A stretch of 11,669 nucleotides of DNA from Chthonomonadales bacterium (GTDB lineage: Bacteria > Armatimonadota > Chthonomonadetes > Chthonomonadales > CAJBBX01), in contig JBMFSQ010000050.1 of NCBI GenBank assembly GCA_049967475.1, positions 1 through 11,669 on the forward strand, in the 5' to 3' direction. The position numbers were made by a program, and so were the translations under genes. Below the pieces are notes generated by a model. The model made no database searches, was not told the origin of the DNA, and saw only the letters and a program-made list of their open reading frames with translations. Below are positions 7,611 through 11,669 of the stretch, one piece after another. Every line of letters begins with the position of its first letter. The first letter of the stretch is position 1.

Positions 7611-7769
7611 TCAGCCGTGCGTTTCCTGCCCGTCGCATACGATGGGCACGGAGATATGACCAACCGGCGCCGTAACCGGGAGAGCCGGCCGCGCTAGAAC
7701 CACGGCCAATGCGGCGACTGCGCCGGTGATGATGCAGATGCGTTTGATTGTATCGGTGAGGTGCTTCAT
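7611..7769 (-). CDS. Small secreted peptide precursor, 52 aa (candidate signalling propeptide)
   Basis: The ATG overlaps the upstream TGA (ATGA, 7769-7766), with AGGGAG upstream. Sequence MKHLTDTIKRICIITGAVAALAVVLARPALPVTAPVGHISVPIVCDGQETHG has a basic n-region, a hydrophobic h-region and a polar C-terminal tail. Confidence 0.72.
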   Translation of the reverse strand: MKHLTDTIKRICIITGAVAALAVVLARPALPVTAPVGHISVPIVCDGQETHG

Positions 7770-9310
7770 GGTTGTAACTGCTCCCTGTCCAATTCGCTTT
7801 CCAACCAGCTCCACCAGGCAACCAGGTCTGGGTCGCGAATTTGGAAGAGCGTCTGAAGGAACTTGTCGGCAGGGCAAGACGGCATATTACCGGAAAGGAT
7901 GCGCTCCATCACCTGGCGGGCAGCATCGAAGTAGCGATCTTTGGCATAGGCGAGGATCAGGTTGCAGGCCCGCATGGGGGTGGGATGCTGCATGGCCAAT
8001 TTCGCGTAGGCGATGGCCTGTTCGATGTTGTGCTCTTTGTTTCGGCCGGCGTCGAACCAAGTGAGGTAGATGTCGGCGGCATTGGTGGCCGCAATGTAGG
8101 CATGATCTCCGGACGCGTCCTTGCGAATGATGGTGAGGTACACCTTGAGGGCATCACGCAGATTGCCCATCTGGCTGAGCACCACTCCCACTTCATTGAG
8201 CGCTTCCAAAAATGAGGGTTCGGCTTCATAGCACGCCCTGTAGAGGCGCAGCGCTTCCTCCAGGCGGCCCGCGGCACGCTGGGCTTTGGCCTGCTCCCAT
8301 AGGGTGCGCGCTTCCGGTGTCTTGGGGAGAGGGTGATCCACGGTATAGAGGTCCAGCACGCGCATAGCCTGGCGCATCTCCGGCGAAGGAGGCGCGACGG
8401 CGCTGGTTCCGCTAACTTCATTCACCACCGCCTCCTCAACGGAACCGTCGGGATGGGCGGCGGCGCGTTGAACCCAGCTCGTCTCCATGAGCCGGCGGAA
8501 AAGGGCCTCACGGCGTTCGCCGGACCAATTTGCCGATGGCTGGATCTTGCGTGCCACTCTGCTGTTCCTCTGCCGATTGAGCAGATGGATATAAGGGTTA
8601 TCCGGGCTGCAGTTGCGCCGGATGAGCGTGGCCAAAGCGGCCCGCGCCCGGCACACCGTTTGTCGCTGCCGATCCGTCTCGGGCTGGACGGGGCGACCGT
8701 GTTGGCGCTGGCGTCCGCGCTTTAGGTCCTCGCCCAATGCTCTCAGATAATTCGCCGGCATCTGCCGCAATGCCTGCTTGAGGGCGCTTCGGAACTCGGT
8801 GCGGTCGCTCTGCTCGATGAGGGCCGGTTCGGGGAGGCGCGGAGTGCGTTCTTCTGCCACGAGATCGGCTAGAGAGAACTCGTGATCTCCGTCCGCTGCA
8901 CCGAGGGGCTGCTCCAAGGACAGTGTAGGGATTTCGCGGCGAGCCAGGCGCGCGGCGTCGCTCACGACGGATTTGATGGCGCGGGCGAGGTAGGCTGCGG
9001 GATCTGGAAAGAGTGTGTCCAGAGCGGCATCGAAGGGGACTTGGGGCCGAGGCGCGCGGCGGTACCTGCGCAGGGCCACTCGGGCCATCTTCCAGCAGGC
9101 TTCTTCCAGAGCTGCGTACGCATCATTGGCGCTGATGCGGGGGGTGATGCGGCGCCCGTCCTCGGCTTGCCTGGGAGCGCTCACCAGCGTCACGGCGCGC
9201 GCACCAAAGCGGCTGAGGATGATGCCGGCAGCAGACAGCAGATCAGCACCGCCTGCGGGTGCCGCATCGGCTATTTGCCCTTCCGTGATCTCGCCTCGAA
9301 TTGCAATCAC
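7766..9310 (-). CDS. TPR-containing protein with a sigma70-like N-terminal region (putative peptide-responsive regulator)
   Basis: TPR helices in the C-terminal third (ARTLWEQAKAQRAAGRLEEALRLYRACYEAEPSF; LEALNEVGVVLSQMGNLRDALKVYLTII). The N-half resembles sigma regions 2-4 (AYLARAIKSVVSDAAR; SLEQPLG..SLADLVAE..PE; LKQALRQMP; TVCRARAAL). GTG 9310 preceded by AGAAAGG is preferred as start over TTG 9343. The CDS is confident; the function is inferred. Confidence 0.75.
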   Translation of the reverse strand: MIAIRGEITEGQIADAAPAGGADLLSAAGIILSRFGARAVTLVSAPRQAEDGRRITPRISANDAYAALEEACWKMARVALRRYRRAPRPQVPFDAALDTLFPDPAAYLARAIKSVVSDAARLARREIPTLSLEQPLGAADGDHEFSLADLVAEERTPRLPEPALIEQSDRTEFRSALKQALRQMPANYLRALGEDLKRGRQRQHGRPVQPETDRQRQTVCRARAALATLIRRNCSPDNPYIHLLNRQRNSRVARKIQPSANWSGERREALFRRLMETSWVQRAAAHPDGSVEEAVVNEVSGTSAVAPPSPEMRQAMRVLDLYTVDHPLPKTPEARTLWEQAKAQRAAGRLEEALRLYRACYEAEPSFLEALNEVGVVLSQMGNLRDALKVYLTIIRKDASGDHAYIAATNAADIYLTWFDAGRNKEHNIEQAIAYAKLAMQHPTPMRACNLILAYAKDRYFDAARQVMERILSGNMPSCPADKFLQTLFQIRDPDLVAWWSWLESELDREQLQP

Positions 9311-9675
9311 CGCAGGGCCTTTCTGCCGGAAAGGATGCTGCAAATCTTTGCATTCGACGTTCTATACGAAGCGCGGCCGTGCGTGTGACACCGCTGCACG
9401 AATGATTCTGAAGGGCAGTTCTGCACGGCCGGCCCAGCATCCTTCTATTGGTTTAGACGAAACGGGCGGCGAAGGGGTTCACCGCAGCGGATGCACCCCC
9501 GCAGTTGCGCAAAAACCTGGTAATCTTGCTGGCTGGTACAGTGTCCTTACCGGGGAATAACTGGGCTGAGGATTTCAGATCCCGCCCGGTGCAGCAGTTC
9601 CCCGGTGCATCTCTCCGGGGTTGGCTCGGCAAAGGACTGTTAACGCTCGGGGCGCTCCATGCGATCCGGGCGTCA

Positions 9676-9685
9676 TCACGGAGGA
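9676..9685 (+). promoter_or_regulatory. RBS overlapping a putative CsrA site (ACGGA in a hairpin loop), flagellin 1
   Basis: CGTCATC-ACGGAG-GATGATG forms a hairpin. The same 10-mer TCACGGAGGA precedes flagellin 2. Confidence 0.55.
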
Positions 9686-9695
9686 TGATGTTTCC

Positions 9696-11183
9696 ATGAG
9701 TCTCAGGATCAACACCAATGTAACGGCGCTGGCCGCACTGCGCAACCTGGATCAAACCAGCAACGCAGTGGCGACCTCCATCGAGCGCCTGTCGTCTGGC
9801 CTGCGCATCAACCGCGCAGCCGACGACCCGGCGGGCCTGGTGATCTCCGAGGGGCTGCGGGCCCAGATTGACGGTTTGAACCAGGCCATCTCCAACGCCC
9901 AGGACGCCAACAACGTCATCAAGACGGCAGAAGGCGGCCTCCAGGAGATCAACTCCCTGCTCCGCTCCATCCGCCAGCTCGCCGTTCACGCCGCCAACAC
10001 CGGAGTGAACGACCAAAACGCGGTCCAAGCGGATCAGACGCAGATCGCCTCGGCGATCGCATCTATTGACCGCATCGCCACCCAGACGCAGTTCGGCACG
10101 AAGCGCTTGCTGGACGGCACGTCCGGCATCTCCGCTGCCGTCATTGACACGGCCAAAGTGAGCGGCATCTTCATGGGAGGCACCTTCGGCGGAGTTGCAA
10201 CCCAGAACGGCACGGTGTCCATCACCGTAAACAACGCCGCTACCCGGGCCGTAGCCATCGGCACCGCCACATACGCCAGCGTCAATTCCTCTATCTCCCT
10301 CGTGGGTGGAGGGACTACGGGCAGCGGCGGCACCATCGTCATCAACGGCCAGTCCATCACCGTCAGCGGCACCGACACGGTGCAGTCGCTCATCAACAAA
10401 ATCAACAACCTGGCCTCGGTAACGGGTGTGTCCGCCGATTTCTCGGCAGCCAACGGCTCCGGAACCATCGTGCTCTCCCAGCAGAACTATGGAAGCAACT
10501 ACCAGGTGGTGGAAGCCGAAAGCTCCACGCTCATCTTCGGCACCTCAGGAACCACGGTGGCGGGTCTCAACGCTACGGTGACTGTGACCGCTTCGGCGCT
10601 GGTGAATGGATCGGTCACTTCGGTGGTGGCGACGTTCGTAGGCGGCCGCTCCACGACGGACTCGGGGCTGCGCGTCACAGACACCTACGGCAACAGCATT
10701 CTGTTGACCGAGTCTGGCAATTCCACGAGCGTCACTTCAGCCACCGTGGCCCGTGTGACGGCAGGCGCCCTCCAGTTCCAGATAGGGGGCAACGCCGGCC
10801 AAACGGTAACCACGTCCCTGGGGAATGTACAAACGAGCAACTTGGGCACCACCGTGATTGCAGGGTTGACGCTCAAAACGATTGACGTCACAACGGCTTC
10901 AGGCGCTACCAACGCGATCTCTGTGGTAGATGCCGCCATCAGCCAGGTGAGCGTGCTTCGCGCCCAGTTGGGAGCCTTCCAGACCAATACACTGGATAGC
11001 TCCGTCCGCTTCTTGGGTGTTGGGGTAGAGAACCTCTCCGCATCGGAGTCTCAGATTCGGGACACGAATGTGGCAAAAGAGGTTGTGAACCTCACGAAGA
11101 ACCAGATCTTGCAGCAGGCGGGCACTTCCGTGTTGGCTCAGGCGAATGCGGCACCGCAACAGGTGCTGGCGCTTCTGAGGTAA
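9696..11183 (+). CDS. fliC: Flagellin, 495 aa
   Basis: N-terminus [40 protein letters not shown], and C-terminus ENLSASESQIRDTNVAKE..KNQILQQAGTSVLAQANAAPQQVLALLR. GGAGG RBS before ATG 9696. Confidence 0.97.
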   Translation: MSLRINTNVTALAALRNLDQTSNAVATSIERLSSGLRINRAADDPAGLVISEGLRAQIDGLNQAISNAQDANNVIKTAEGGLQEINSLLRSIRQLAVHAANTGVNDQNAVQADQTQIASAIASIDRIATQTQFGTKRLLDGTSGISAAVIDTAKVSGIFMGGTFGGVATQNGTVSITVNNAATRAVAIGTATYASVNSSISLVGGGTTGSGGTIVINGQSITVSGTDTVQSLINKINNLASVTGVSADFSAANGSGTIVLSQQNYGSNYQVVEAESSTLIFGTSGTTVAGLNATVTVTASALVNGSVTSVVATFVGGRSTTDSGLRVTDTYGNSILLTESGNSTSVTSATVARVTAGALQFQIGGNAGQTVTTSLGNVQTSNLGTTVIAGLTLKTIDVTTASGATNAISVVDAAISQVSVLRAQLGAFQTNTLDSSVRFLGVGVENLSASESQIRDTNVAKEVVNLTKNQILQQAGTSVLAQANAAPQQVLALLR

Positions 11184-11187
11184 CGTC

Positions 11188-11251
11188 CGGAGGGACGAGA
11201 AGCGGGGATCGCCTGGAAGGCCGGCGATCCCCGCTTCCTCCGTTTGGTATT
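11188..11251 (+). terminator. Strong hairpin/terminator after flagellin 1
   Basis: Perfect 15-bp stem GAAGCGGGGATCGCC (11199-11213) / GGCGATCCCCGCTTC (11223-11237), extendable by CGGAG/CTCCG and followed by TTTGGTATT. Confidence 0.8.
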
Positions 11252-11280
11252 GGTGCGATCCGGAAGATCATCCCATCCCC

Positions 11281-11308
11281 TAAAGAATACCGGGTAAGGG
11301 GCCGATAA
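11281..11308 (+). promoter_or_regulatory. Sigma28 (FliA/SigD) promoter of flagellin 2
   Basis: TAAAG-N15-GCCGATAA: both boxes match the sigma28 consensus (spacer about 1 nt longer than canonical), about 150 nt upstream of a flagellin start. Confidence 0.88.
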
Positions 11309-11374
11309 TCGCGCAAGAGGTCGGCATTTCGGGTGCCGACGCTCGGCTAATCGGCAGGCAGTACTTACCCAGTT

Positions 11375-11446
11375 CCGGAGGGATACCGGGACGGTGGCAA
11401 GGGAGACAGCCTTCAGGCAGTCGGACCCTTGCCTCTTCACGGAGGA
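11375..11446 (+). promoter_or_regulatory. Putative CsrA-binding ANGGA sites in the flagellin 2 leader
   Basis: CCGG-AGGGATA-CCGG (11375-11389), GGC-AAGGGAGACA-GCC (11396-11411) and TCACGGAGGA (11437-11446, overlapping the RBS). Confidence 0.55.
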
Positions 11447-11455
11447 GAAGCTCCT

Positions 11456-11669
11456 ATGAGTCTCAGGATCAACACCAATGTAACGGCGCTGAACGCTCTG
11501 CGCAACCTGGATCAAACCAGCAATGCAGTGGCGACTTCCATCGAGCGCCTGTCGTCTGGCCTGCGCATCAACCGGGCTGCCGACGACCCGGCGGGCCTCA
11601 TCATTTCCGAGGGTCTGCGGGCCCAGATTGACGGTTTGAACCAGGCCATCTCCAACGCCCAGGACGCCA
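11456..11669 (+). CDS. fliC: Flagellin, second copy (5' part, truncated by the window end)
   Basis: Translates as [71 protein letters not shown], nearly identical to 9696-9909. Not listed in the ORF track because there is no stop in the window. Confidence 0.95.
   Translation, partial: MSLRINTNVTALNALRNLDQTSNAVATSIERLSSGLRINRAADDPAGLIISEGLRAQIDGLNQAISNAQDA

Noticed and set aside
7611..7640. Agr-type thiolactone or RiPP interpretation of the CDGQETHG tail
   Set aside because: No AgrB, histidine kinase or modification enzyme is present in the window, and the residues after Cys are polar rather than the hydrophobic ring residues typical of AIPs. The Sec-like leader and TPR partner fit a linear peptide better.
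7525..7821. Alternative 98-aa minus-strand ORF with an HHHH run overlapping the peptide gene
   Set aside because: It has no RBS, overlaps the TPR gene by more than 50 nt, runs through the terminator hairpin and has non-protein-like composition.
11188..11242. 15-bp perfect inverted repeat as a possible MITE, REP or IS end
   Set aside because: It is single-copy in the window with no target duplication or transposase, and its position right after a stop codon fits a terminator.

Overview
GC-rich bacterial chromosomal region with no mobile element, RNA gene or CRISPR array. The gene content suggests a flagellated diderm member of the Terrabacteria, possibly Armatimonadota (inference only). Left to right: nadD (-, apparently leaderless), a GT4 glycosyltransferase (+), a Gfo/Idh/MocA oxidoreductase (-), a 144-aa secreted protein (-), an SLH/collagen/coiled-coil/beta-barrel OmpM-like envelope protein with a ~290-nt structured leader (-), a secreted sialate O-acetylesterase (-), a two-gene cassette (-), and two tandem flagellins (+, the second truncated by the window edge). 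The main candidate for an undescribed system is the two-gene cassette at 7611-9310. It encodes a protein with a sigma70-like N-terminus fused to C-terminal TPRs, translationally coupled (ATGA overlap) to a 52-aa signal-peptide-bearing ORF ending in CDGQETHG, and it is closed by a hairpin. This layout matches RRNPP-type peptide quorum sensing but with a sigma-like output domain. The cassette lies divergent from the flagellin copy that lacks a sigma28 promoter, whereas the second copy has a near-consensus one. All calls come from reading motifs by eye; no database searches were run.
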